The position numbers and the translations under genes are program-made. This document shows positions 40,646-53,093 of a DNA stretch of 64,000 nt, piece after piece. A model generated the notes under the pieces. That model was not told the DNA's origin. It made no database searches and saw nothing but the letters and a program-made list of their open reading frames with translations. The number at the start of each line of letters is the position of its first letter. The first letter of the stretch is position 1. The DNA comes from Yuukianura sp. NJ FZ-2021. Taxonomy: Eukaryota. The DNA lies in the NCBI GenBank assembly GCA_046563655.1, contig CM102288.1:4650001-4714000 (forward strand). Reading direction: 5' to 3'.

Positions 40646-40989
40646 TTTCAATTTATAGATTTCACTGTTTCAGTGTTCCTCTTGGACCAAGTTTTTCAAA
40701 CTCTAGCTTTGTCGTTGAAAAAAGTTTGTGTTAGTGATAACTTTAAAGTTGCTACAGTCATAGTCACTAAACTTCGATAATATATAAAGTAAGGAACTAA
40801 AAAAGAAAGGAACTAAAGTAAGAGCGAGAACTAGGTGAACGTCTCAATATGTTTGAAATTATAATTTTCTCGTCTTCTGGCCTCGCGCTAAGCAGATTCG
40901 AGTTTATTTTAACCATTTTTGTACATGCTGCCCTACTGAAATGCTAGTTCATGTTCAAGGGAGTCATTTGAAGGCCAATAAGAACGAGT

Positions 40990-41310
40990 CCAGAGTACAT
41001 GCTTACCACTACAGCACAGACGTTGCCTGCAAGCTATTAAAAATAGTTCAACAGTTCGAATTTTTTAAACAAGTACTTTACCGCTTAACTCCTTTTTTCT
41101 CGAATCACAAAACTTAGACCATGAAATAGAGCCAACTTGACCTTTGACCATACGACCGTGATGGTGATCTGCATCGTTTTCATTGTTCCATCCCATGTAG
41201 ACGTTCATTTGCTCAGATTTTAGAAAATAAGTGCAAACATGCTGAGCAATTTCCATTACTTCCGATGTTTTTTTTTAATTGAAACAAGAACTGTTTCTAT
41301 TCACCTGCAC
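40990..41310 (-). pseudogene. Truncated relic of the nested-type (copy N) GNAT gene
   Basis: [25 protein letters not shown] matches 31800-31870. It then frameshifts and retains only the intron and the first bases of exon 2 (cctgcaagct). Confidence 0.75.
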
Positions 41311-41639
41311 ATTGTTAAGTATTTTAGGTTGGCTTTTTAAAACAAAAAAAAAGAGACTATGCATTCAGTGTTTAAAAGGAAAGCTTATTCTCAAATTTCA
41401 GTTATTATAGTCAAATGTAAAAAGTACGTTTGAAATTTTTAAATTTCCAAATGCGTTTAAGCAGTAATTGCTCGGTATCCGGTTTCTTAACGTTTGGTTC
41501 AGCGTATATCCAGTGAATAGTTCATCCGGTTTCATCACGAAGAAATGGCTAGATATACGATTTATATAACTGGATCCACTAATTTAATGTAGGTGAAAGA
41601 AATATATTTTATCCGTCGAACAACACTGCTTTTGTGTTT

Positions 41640-42564
41640 TTAAATGACCAAGACGTCTTCAGTGGCAAAATTTTCTCCTGCTGTTGGAAAAACCTTTTCC
41701 CCATTTTCAATTTGGTTTTTGTAGTAATGTCTCGCGGCCTCTGTAAATCCGACTTTTCGGGCAGCAGCTCGCGAGAAGGGACTCGTGAATTCGCCTTTGA
41801 CTAATGGGAATCCACGATTTCTCAGAAATGGAATCATTTTGACGTACGTTTGGGTCGCAAGGCCGTGACCACGAAATTCACTTGAAACCGACGTTACGAA
41901 GATTTCCGCGTGGAAGGGATATTGACGTAATGTTTGAGACGCCAAGTTTTCTAAGTCGGACAAAAACGTCCATAGTCTCCGAAATGGAACTGACATGCGC
42001 CGTCCAGAGGCTTCTGAGAAAATAGAATCCATTTCAGGAAGTCGACTGTCCATTACAAGATTCACTCCAACGAGCTTCAAAAAATCAGAATGTTTTGTAA
42101 AAGTAACATTTTCTTAGAACTTTTTTTTAAATGCACCTCTCCTGTATTTTTGTGTCTAATTGTGAAACTTAGTCCATGAGTCACAATGACCTCCGTTACA
42201 AATTCAAAGTCTTTGGCCAGCTCCTCTGACCAACCCAAATAGTAACACGTTGATTCGCCCCGCACAAAGTGGTTTCGGACGTGAGTTTTCATTTCTGCCA
42301 CATCGCTTTCACCAGCAATTTCAAACCGAAAATTTCCCCAGTGCTTGTCATGCTCATGCAGAGAATTATTTTTGTTTCTGAAAGTATAAGCAACAACTTA
42401 TTTACCAACCCAAGAATAATGCGAATAATAATACAAAATAATTCTAAAAAATAATTGGAATATAATAAGATGAATTTGGTAATTACGTACGCAACACAGT
42501 ATTGCCTCTGCGTTATCACTTTATAGATTTGGAACAAACTCGGCAACGCCGCACTTCGAATCAT
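41640..42564 (-). CDS. AANAT-like GNAT, array copy 5 (N-terminally extended model)
   Basis: Ancestral ATG reads ACG; in-frame ATG at 42564 gives MIRSAALPSLFQIYKVITQRQYCVA. HFVRGESTCYYLG; SVSSEFRGHGLA. Confidence 0.8.
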
Positions 42565-42887
42565 TACGATTAAAATATCGTATCGTATCAAATTTTGTAT
42601 CAACTATTGTGCTTACATTCCGTTTCCGATTCTGAAATCCAAGTTCTAACTCTTCGTTGAGCTTCTTCGTTGAGCAGATTTGAGTTAATGACAATTTTAT
42701 GGTGTTCAGTCACTAAACTACCATAATGTATACAAGCTAATGACGTAAGTAAGTGAACTTACGTAAACAAAAATATTGCACCATTTGGCATTCTTATCTC
42801 TCGTCTGCTGACCTCACGCGCGCTATGCGGATACAAGTTTTTTTTCAGTTTGTTTTTCGCGGGAGGAAGTGATATGATGGTTCCAGA

Positions 42888-43144
42888 GGTCATTAACGTG
42901 AAAACAATAAAGCGTGAATTCAGCAAATTGGCAACACTGAGAGCGGTACCACCCATGAAACCAATCCCCACACACGCGTAAATACCCTGATATCCACATT
43001 GACATTAGGAAAATCGTATTCGGTAGGTTTCAAGGTCAGATTTTCAAAATGTGAAACCTTAACCCAAACAAATCTTGCCTTGAAACCCTTGATTTAGTTG
43101 CATTGTTGCCAAATTCGCGCTTATGGTTTTCGTGCGAATAACCT
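42888..43144. mobile_element. Inverted-repeat element, second copy at about 44908-45150
   Basis: ggtcattaacgtgaaaacaataaagcgtgaatt versus reverse complement of right end ggttattcgcacgaaaaccataagcgcgaatt. Confidence 0.55.
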
Positions 43145-43640
43145 GCTACGGAAATGTTATCTGAAAGGCAGGGTTTCCATTTTCAAAAATTTGCATCACC
43201 TGAGAGGAGTAGAGTAAAAGCATAATTGAGGTAAATTGAGTCTGTTACTTTCACTTTCCAACATTTTGTTCAATTTTGAGTAATTCCTTGACTGTAATTT
43301 CCGTTTGGATTTTGGGCGCCGTAAATACCATGATAATTATGGATAACTTTTATTGAAAAAATCTTTGATGTAACATCTTACGAAGAAGCAAACAAACTTT
43401 CTTTTTTTTTAATTTCCAATGTCGAAAGGCAAAGTTTGTTCTCAAACTTCAATTTGCAAATGTAAAAAGTAATTTTGATTTTAAAGTAGTGTTGCTGGAT
43501 ATCCACGTTTTTGACGTTTCGTCCGGTGGATAACATTTTCCATCCGGAAGAAATGGCTGGATAAAATAGATAGAATTGGATACTTCCTCATAATCTGATG
43601 TAGATGGAAGAAATATTTTGTTCAACACTGTTTTTAGTTT

Positions 43641-44516
43641 TTAAATCACTAGGATTTCTTCAGTAGCGTAATTTTCTCCTGCGGTTGGAAAAACCTTTTC
43701 TCCATTTTCAACTTGTTGTTTGTAGTATCGTCGTGCGACTTCTGTAAATCCGACTTTTCGGGCAGCAGCTCGCGAAAAGGGACCCGTGAATTCGGCTTTG
43801 GCTAATGGGAATCCACGATTTTTCAGAAATGGAATCATTTTGACGTACATTTGAGTCATAAGGCCGTGACCACGAAATTCACGTGCAACTGACGTCATCA
43901 AGATCTCTGCGTGGAATGGATATTGACGCAATGTTTGAGACGCCAATTTTTCTAAGTCGGATATAAACGTCCATATTTTCTGTGCTGGGTCTGAAATGCG
44001 CCATCCGGCTGATTCGCAAATGGCATCCACTCCAGGAAGTCGACTGTCCATTACAATGTTTACCCCGACGAGCTTCAAAAAACCATAATTTTTTTTAAGT
44101 TAATATTTTCTTATAATATTTTTTTTTGCAATGCACCTCTCCTGTATTTTTGTGTCTGATTGTGAAACTTAGTCCGTGAGTCACGATGGACTCCACTGCA
44201 AAATCAAAATCCACGGCCAGATCCTCTGACCAACCCAAATAGGAACACATTGGCTCGTCCCACATATAGTGATTTCGGAGGTGGCTTTTCATTTCTGCCA
44301 CATCGCTTTCACCAGCAATTTCAAACCGAAAATCTCCCCAGTCTTTGTCCAGCTCCTCCCCAGACTTATTTTTGTTTCTGAAAGTAAGCAAGAACTTATT
44401 TACCAACCCAAGAGTAATGCGAATAATAAAAAAAATACTTCTGAAAATAATTGGAATTGGAATATAATAAAATGAATTTGGTAATTTACGTACGCAACAC
44501 CGTATTGCCTCTGCAT
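43641..44516 (-). CDS. AANAT-like GNAT, array copy 6
   Basis: Exon 1 MQRQYGVA; HYMWDEPMCSYLG; SVAREFRGHGLM; FTGPFSR. Confidence 0.85.
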
Positions 44517-47500
44517 TTTCTCTTTTCAGATTTGGAATCTACTTCCAAGTTGCGATATTTTAATTGTAAAAAAAATGAAGCGCCGTTTTACCGAATATAA
44601 TCCATATGATTTGTCCGTTTCAGTGTTTCTTGCACCAAGTTCTAACTCGTAGCTTCTTCGTTGAGCAGATTTGACTTAATGACAATTTTATGGTGCTCAG
44701 TCACTAAATTACGATAATGTATACAACAAGCTAGTGACGTAAGTAAGTGAACTTAAGTGACCACTACTAATGTTGTAAGATTTGAAAATCTCTTATCTGC
44801 CGTCTTCTGAGTCAGAGAGGTCAGAAGTTCTGACCTCACGCGCGCTTATGCGGATACAAGTTTTTTTTTTCAGTTTGGTTAGGTTAGGTTGAAATGTTAG
44901 TTCCAAGAGGTCATTAGCGAGAAAACAAGCGTGAATTGAGCAACTTGGTGACTTAAAGACGTATTATCCATGAAACCTCACCCACATCCTTAAAAAACTG
45001 ACACACACCTCAGAAAATTGTATTGTGTAGGTTTCAAGGTTAGGTTTTAAAAATATGAAACGTAACCGATAAATCTTAAAAAGCTAATCTTGGAACCCTT
45101 GATTTAGTCGCATTGTTGCCAAATTCGTGCTTATGGTTTTCGGAATAACGACCCTACTTCGGTTTGTTCAAAACGCAGTTTCCATTATCAAAAATTTGCA
45201 TCACCTGAGAGGAGTAGAGTAAAAGCATAATTGAGGTAATTGAGTATGTTGCTTTCACTTTCCAAATTTCCAAAATTTGAAAAGAGTCAAAGTAGGTTTT
45301 GTTAAATTTTGAATAATTCCTTGACTAAAATTTCCGTTTGGACTTTAGGCTCAGTAAATGCGTTGATTCAGGCTTAAGCTGTTGAGTTGTTGCAATTAGA
45401 CGAAACTCTTTGATCCCCTCGAGCCAATTGAGGAATGTGGGGGTTGGAAGATCAAAGAAAGTGAAGTTCCCTGCCCCTTTCACCACTTTCACCATCTTCT
45501 AAACTGGCTGAGAAAATTAAAATTCAAATTTTCCCTCTCTATTTGTTCCGCTCTTCTCCGGACTTTAGTATGTTGGATCTCAAAAAATGTATTTTAATCC
45601 AAAAACTTCCATTTTCCAGCATGCGTTCAGCGTCAACACGGTCTAAATTTGATTTCTGACGAACGTAATCCATAACTGCTCAATTTTAGAACAAAAACGT
45701 TGTTTACTTTACTAAAATTAGTTTATGCCTGTGCCTTATTTGTTTTTGAAAAAGGAAATTTCTGCATGTTTCAAAATGTTGAAATTCTAGTCAGAATTCT
45801 GGAGAATGTTAGAGGCTGTTGCTTTTGTTGGAGAATGAAGTTGTAAAAGTGGTCTTGTTTTCTCCATATACGAATGTGGGTGGCTTACGACTGCTTTTAT
45901 GTCACTTCGTGACTTGGGATCAAAATGTTGGCTAAATGGACTCTGGTCAAATCAACTTCCATCCAACTTCAATTACACCACTACACATTGTTAGCGGTTT
46001 TTTTTTGTTCGAAGAAAGGTGCAATTTCGTAAAAAAAAGAAGAAAGCAACAAAATAAAAACCGACTACTTAACTTGCTTTTAAATCGTAAAAGTCCGGTT
46101 TTCGATTACACTTTCTCGCCTCAAAGCTGGAACGCAATGCCAAATTGACAATTTCCAAGTTCGGACAATCGTTTTTCATTCATTTTTTTTTTCGTTTTCG
46201 GTTTTCCCATTTGTCTGATTGATTCACTACTACCACAAGTGCAATTGTCCAACTGAAAGCGATTGTTACAAAGATCACTTTCACTGTCTTTTTGTGATCG
46301 TTTTTCATCAAATGCTTTCACTTTTTCGTTTTTTCAAGATCACTCCGTTTTTTGCTCCGTTTTTTCAGTGTTCACTTTTTTCATGTTCGCTCCTGTTCTA
46401 GATCACTTTCACGCCCATCTTTTATCCCTACCAGTTTCTTTTGTTGATTCAATGGAAATGAAACATTTGAGGAGGAGAATGGAGAGGCTGTCAATCCTTC
46501 TTTACAGAAAAAAATGACAAGGAGTAAGTCCAGATCCAAACCAAACACTCGCCTTCAGGGTCACTTAACGAATTTCGCGCGTACTTTCTCCGGCGGAATG
46601 TTACCACATTTGAGTCAGTCTTGTCCTGAACAAAGATTTTGAGGATTAGTCTGTATCTGGATTAGATATGGCAAACGACAAGAGAAGTTGTGGCGTAATT
46701 GGGATCTTCCATCGCAACCACTTGGCACTTTCTCCATGATTTCTCTAGACACTTCCAACTTACACTTCAAATTGAGAATGGACAACAAAAGAACAACGGA
46801 TTTTTTTTGTTAAGGGAAAAAAGAACTCGTGAGCTGAAAGTCAATTGATTCCTACTCTTTAATTTCCAATTTTTGAGTTTACTGCGTTTTCAGTTTTCAC
46901 TGTGAGTTGCTACAAAAGTGAAAGTAAAAACTGCAAAATCAAAATCCAAGCTGATCGGATTAAACGTATCCGGTGTCTTTTCTACATCTTCCCGAAACTA
47001 TCTCTACAAAGATGCCTCCAACCTAAACTAAACTATTTGAATCAAGATATTTTCGATACAAGATATTTCTGGAGATATTTTTATACGAGATATTTTTAGA
47101 TGTTTTCGATACGATATCTAGTGTGAGTTACCAAATTGAAACTGTAAAACCTGGTGATACATTAACATTATGCAATTTTGGAAATAATTTTTTGCGATTG
47201 GCTTTGACCTCGGACAGATGAAGGGCGTTGGCCTCTTCCAGAATCTTCCAAAAAAAGACTGGCTGATGACGTTGGTTCATTTTGAGGGTGACTTTGTCAT
47301 ATTAACTGTTCCTCTCCTTTGTTATGCCCAAAAACTCAGAATCCGAGTTACCTCATCCGGAACAGACAAAAACGGAAAACGGGCAAAGTGAAAGTTGCTT
47401 TTCCTCCCGAAGAAAGTTGTGTGGGAGGAAGTAGTCCAAAGTTTTTGGAGGCTCAAACGCTACCCACCAAAAAAGGAAGTTTTAGTTAGTGAAAGGGAAC

Positions 47501-47609
47501 CAACCCCCTCCACTTTCACTTTCTCCGGAACAATTCACTTTATCGGCGCACTCAATCTCACCCTCTCTGAGTTTTTCGGGTGACTCTGGAAAATACCCGG
47601 ATTCGGGGA

Positions 47610-47855
47610 TATAAATGACTCAGTTGGTGCCGCTCTGCCCTGCCACTCATCATCCAACACTCAAAGAAGTAGGTACTAGTCAAGGAGCGAGCTCAAGAGA
47701 AAGCCCACTTTCACCACTTCGAATTTGACATTCCGTACTTAAAAGTTACAAAACAAAACTAAAGCGATAAAGCCTAAACAGTACGACAAAACGAGGGGAA
47801 GTTGGAAGTTTCTACTGCTGAAATTTTGAATCCCAAAGCACAACTTTTACACGAG
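47610..47855 (+). promoter_or_regulatory. Probable proctolin TATA box and non-coding first exon
   Basis: TATAAA at 47610 and a strong donor GAG|gtaag at 47855; the proctolin ATG sits immediately after an acceptor (tttag|ATG, 50043). Confidence 0.55.
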
Positions 47856-50042
47856 GTAAGAACAACCCGTTTTTATTTTCTATATAAAAAATAAGAAATC
47901 TAGCAAGCTATTTTCTGAATTTCCGAGAAAATTTAGAATTTCCGAGAAAATACAGAGTTTTCAGGAAAGTTGTTGTTGTTTTTTTCGTCTTTTCAAAAAA
48001 GTAAAATTTTGAGTTATGCTAATGGCCAAGCCTTTTCAAAGCCCATTGTCAGATTTGCACATTTGCGCTGCTTTGCCTCAACCACTGTCGCCAAATATTT
48101 GCCCTCCCTTGAACCTTGCTCAAACACCAAACTTCTCATGTTCAAATTTTCAATTTACTTTTTTTTAGAATGCTCTACTTTTGAGTGCGTAGCTTTGCTT
48201 ACACTTTCACCTTTTCGCCTTCGGTGGTGAAAGCGGTGACAGACCATGAAGATTTAGTTTCCCCTGGGCACGTCTTTTGTGTCATTTTGAATTCTTAAAG
48301 CGGGGCTTTGCAAGTAAAATGTGTCTAGAGGTGAAATGGCCTTGATTATTCTGTTGACTCGTCAATTGAGCAGTGACGAACCAAGCACTTCCTCTCCCCT
48401 TCCGTTTATGTGGAATCGAAGAAAGTCAATCGAAGGAGAAAGTCTCCAGAAAAGCAACTCAATTTACTAAAGCTACAACCAGCATCTGCTCAAATTCCAG
48501 ATTGAATTACAGAAAAAGCTAAAGTTTTAAAGTTTAACACAAGATTTACGACCTCCTACTCAACTACGGCTCATTCAAACTCAAAACTCCCACGCTTTCA
48601 CGTCTCAAAAACTTTCACTTTGGAAATTCAAAAAAAGGAAAATTACCGAAACTTTTGAAAACTCGCATTAGTTTTTGTCAATATTTTTCCGCTTCAATTC
48701 TGTTCCCACCAAAACTGAAAAAAATTTCGTGAATCTTAGGCGTTTTTTTTTAAAAGAGAAAAGAAAAATTGAAAAAACTTTTTATAAAAAATCTTCGTTG
48801 GCCTTATTTCCATTTTTGGCTCCCCTAAACGAAATTATTTCAAGTCATAATTTTTTCATTTTTTTAACCTTTTTTGAGAATTAAGTTGAGGGTGAAGAAA
48901 CTGCCATCACAGCGGGATTTCTTCAACGACTTAAGAAACTGCGCGGAGAAAGTTCACTTTTCGCGGTACTAAATATTTTAATGTTTACTGGAAAATGTTG
49001 GATCGGATTCCATAAAATTTTGTGAGTAATTTTCTCAGTTCGAGGATGTTTTTCTTTACTTTTGTAGACTTTCACTCTGTCCCTTCATCCTTTCCCAACG
49101 GAAAAAGCTTTCTGAAGGCCATCGCATCTCCCGTTTCTCAGACTGTTTGTTCTCCCAACATTTTTTGTGTGTGGGAGACAAGTGACTGCATTGTTCCCTT
49201 GGTTTGATGGGTCTGTGAATTAGATTCAAGACTTTTATTGTGCCGTCCAAGTCCAGATCTGCTACAATACGGAACCGGAACATTTAAACCCTCCCGCCGC
49301 CAGAGCACTGGCTCCTTCCCTCACTGTCTCCATTTGTCTCTGCAGTCTCTTGAACTAGAGCCAAGTCTAAGCACTCGCTTGATCTACGACCACTTTCCAA
49401 GAGACGCAGATTCACATCTTAATTCATAAAAATACAAATTAAAATTTCCACTTTCCAAAAATAGAAACGAAAATCTGGAAATTCTCATGCTCTGTAACCG
49501 GAAAATCCTCACGTTAGAAACGCCTTCTTTTCTAATCACTTAAAAGTGGTTTGAATTAATACAAAAACCTCAGTGGAAATCCCAACACACAAATCTGGCA
49601 GTAAAATTTTGGGGAAAAAATGAAATTTTAGATCGGTTGAATTTTTTATTTAATTTTTTTAACATTTATGCGCAGCGATTTAAAGGTTAGGAAATTACTC
49701 AACTCTCTAATTTTGCTTTCGAATTTGGTGTGTGAATAGTTTTAAATTGTTTAAAGAATTAGTTTACACGCGGGGTGAAGTTAAAAGTGCAAATTACAGT
49801 TCAAAAATAAACATTTCAATTTTTAAGACGTTTTTTTTGTTAGGTAAAAAAATGTGTTTTGTACTAATGTATGTCCTGTTCCATTTGAAATTATGATTTA
49901 TACGTATGAATCTGAGTAAATTCGTGACGTGTGGGTTTTGTGTATACCGCAAATGAGGAAGAGTCGGATTTGTTTCGTTTGTGTTAAAATTAATTAAAGG
50001 GAAGTGAGGTGTTGATTGGTTTTGATTGACTATATGATTTAG

Positions 50043-52370
50043 ATGGCTGAGAAGCAACTGACACTGAGAATGATTCTGGTGCTGGTGTTGGCAGCGTTTC
50101 TAGCCTCGGAATCGGCAGTGCTCTTCGTCAGTGGCCGATACTTGCCTACCCGAAGTCAGGACGACAAGATCGAACGCCTCCGCGAACTACTCAAAGAAGT
50201 ACGTCACTTTTTATGCATATTTATATGCATTAAATTCATTTCTAAGAATTTTTTAAGCAAAAAGATTCCTCCCAAAAGACAGTGAGCTAGAGAAAAGATC
50301 ATAATTTGGGAAGAGTGAAATTCTGAATTCGAAAGTTTTTGCACTTAAGAATTTTTTGAATTATTAAAAGATTGTTTTAGTACTTTCACTTTATTAAAGC
50401 ACTTTCACTTTTCTCACAATTTTATTATTTGTTGTTTTGTCATTCGCTTAAACCCGTGGGAGGAAAACGCTTGCACAAAGGAAAAATCAAAATCGTGTGG
50501 GACTTTTGAGTTTGTTTTGATTCGAAGTGATCATTTTTCTTTTATTTTCTTTGTGACTTTAATTTGAAGTTGAATTTGGAGAAAATGCAAAGGAAAACGC
50601 TGCTTTCACCTAATCAATCTTCGCAAACACAAACGTCGAGCGCTAACATTGGGACAAAAGCGACATAACCGTTTTCCTGCGAATTGATTTTTAACTTTTC
50701 ATGTTTACTATCAAATATTCAAGACTAACGTAAGACTACTTCCCAACATTTGCCTTACTTGATTCCTACCTGCAAATAAAACGTTCATTTTTCAGCCAAA
50801 ATCACAAACGCGACTAAACTTTTCAAAAGCAGTAATAAACTTTAATGGATTTTCATAATACCGCTGCTTAAAATCCAATTTTCTGTTGTTTGTTCAAGTG
50901 AAATTTCTTTTTTAACATGAAGTTGTTATGAATTTTGAGTAGAAAAACAGTTACAGTTTCCAAAAAACAAAAGAATTACGAATACCAAAGTGGATTCACC
51001 TGTAGCTTTCCAAAGTTTACCAAAAATTTGTGTAATTCAAATACGCCTAATTTTTGGGAGAAAAAAAATTGGCCGTGTTATGGGCATGTGCAAAAGCAAA
51101 ATATTGCATGAGGCATGCAAAATGTTGCATGTCGCATGTTCCAAAATTCAAAAACTTACTTCCTCGTACTTTTTGAATCATTTTTTTTTGTAAAAACTAA
51201 AAAGTTTTTGAACTTTACAAAAGTTTTGTACAAAATGAATCCCGGGGTCGTGCCTCCATTACGGAGCAAGGCGCTTAAGCGCTTCTAATGAGCTTCCCAA
51301 GCGCTACTTTGTTTCCCAAAATTTCAGTTTCTGAATTAATGGAAGTCTGGGCTGGATGAAGATGAGTTTGGATTAGAACGCGCATTTTCTAATCCAAGCA
51401 TTTATTATGCCCACGTCGAACTCTAAATCCCAACCAAAAAGTATCTCCTGGGAACAAACTTTTGGAAAACACGGAAATCCAGATGAACTTTCATGATGAA
51501 AAGCTCCAAAATGAAAAGTTATCTCTCCAAAGTTGTTCAAACTGTGTTAATTTATTTATAAACTACCAAAACTTTGAATTTTTTCAAAATTTCGGTCAAA
51601 TTGATCTTCCAAGTTAAATTTTGATTGTGTTTAGCTAAATAGTCCACTAGGACTGCGTCGATTACGTTGTGAAAGTGGAGCATCACAGTTTTTTTTTCAT
51701 CTTGTGGGCGTGAGCGATGAGAAAAGAGCAAAGTGGTTTACAAATTGTAGATTTTTTGAGCTAATAAGAAGGGATGAGGGTGATTTTGAAGTTAGTGAAA
51801 AAGTTTGTGTACAAAGTGGATGAATTTGCGTGTGATTTAAAAATTTGCGGAAGAACCAAATTGGTTGCTAATGCTCAACGGAAGTTTAAATTTGAATTTG
51901 TGGCGAAAGTGGAAATGTGAGGGATGAGGTGACCCAGTTGCCCAGTTCTCATCAAAAATTCAGGAAAAAATTTTGAAAAAAAAAGATGAGTAAAAAACTT
52001 ACAACTTTTGAGCTTCCTCATGTCTGATTTTTACGATAACACAATTCAATTTCCATTTCATTTGAAACTGACCTACAAAATTCCAAGTTGACCTTTGACC
52101 CTGTATATTTCACTTATGAAATGTAAAAAGTGGTTCGTATTTTTTGATTTTCAGTTACTTGAGAGTCAGAGCACAAGGACGCAGGGGCAGGACGTGAACT
52201 ATGACCAAGAGGGGGCCCTTGGCGTTGGTGGCTCCTCTTCTCTGGTGGGACTCGGAAGTGGAAGTGGGTCATCAGGACGAAGTCTCCTGTTCAAACGGGA
52301 CATTGCGGCGGCTCAAAGGTCTCACCATTCGAGAGGGCCCTTCAAGGGCCAAGGGTCTCCGTCCCTCTAA
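50043..52370 (+). CDS. Proc: Proctolin neuropeptide precursor
   Basis: Signal peptide followed directly by RYLPT-R, then SQDDKIERLRELLKELLE; coding exons 50043-50198 and 52155-52370; KR site near the C-terminus. Confidence 0.95.
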
Positions 52371-52923
52371 GACCTCTCAAATAAACCCATTTCTAGAACA
52401 GCAACTGTAATTTCCACACTCTCTTCAATTTTCATACACTTTGTGGTGCTCCAATTAGACATGCACGGGAGTCACACTTCTTTAATTACCCCTGCACTAA
52501 AATTAGGACTCTCTCTCTACTTAAAAGTGAAATCTCTACAAGCACAACTTCAATTTCCAAATTTCAAAATGTCTCATTTCAATTTTTTCAAAAGATGCGC
52601 ATAAAGGAAGGAGTGTGCACCAGAAAATTCTATTCTCGTAGGCAATACAAACGCTAAACAATACTTTGCTCTCAACAACCCTAAATTCCTAAATATCTTC
52701 TCAAATGGACTACTTATGCTAGAGATTTACTTTTAGTCAACTTTTCAAAAAAAAATTAGAATTTAATAAAATTTAGTGTCATTTAGATTTTTAATTAACC
52801 AAAAAACGGACTCTCGTCGGTGTTAGAAAGTTAGTTAAAAATTGTTGACTCTTGTGTTTCAATTTTATTTAAAAAATTCAATAAAAATCATACTAAAACT
52901 GAATTCTGAAAGTACTAAACCTA

Positions 52924-53093
52924 TTCGGTTGAAATAAACTCAAATTGCATCTATTGTAACAATAAGGTGTAACACCTATCCTATTTTTCTACCCGGCGTG
53001 GTAACAATGGGTTGCAATGGATACAAATGGGACGACATTGTTGTATCCATTCAGCGGTTACAACAGGTGCAGTTTACGTTTACGTCAACCAAC
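52924..53093. mobile_element. Shorter degenerate member of the same MITE family
   Basis: ttcggttgaaataa..aataaggtgtaac..tggatacaa/ttgtatcca..ttacgtcaaccaac. Confidence 0.45.

Larger units (their letters stand above)
42640..45360. repeat. Direct duplication of about 700 bp of GNAT upstream flank (42640-43325 versus 44638-45360)
   Basis: Long near-identical stretches, e.g. gcttcttcgttgagcagatttga and aaaatttgcatcacctgagaggagtagagtaaaagcataattgaggtaa. Confidence 0.85.

Noticed and set aside
31201..44516. Horizontal (bacterial) origin of the GNAT array
   Set aside because: The genes carry spliceosomal introns and insect AANAT-type motifs; nothing visible supports HGT, though no phylogeny was run.
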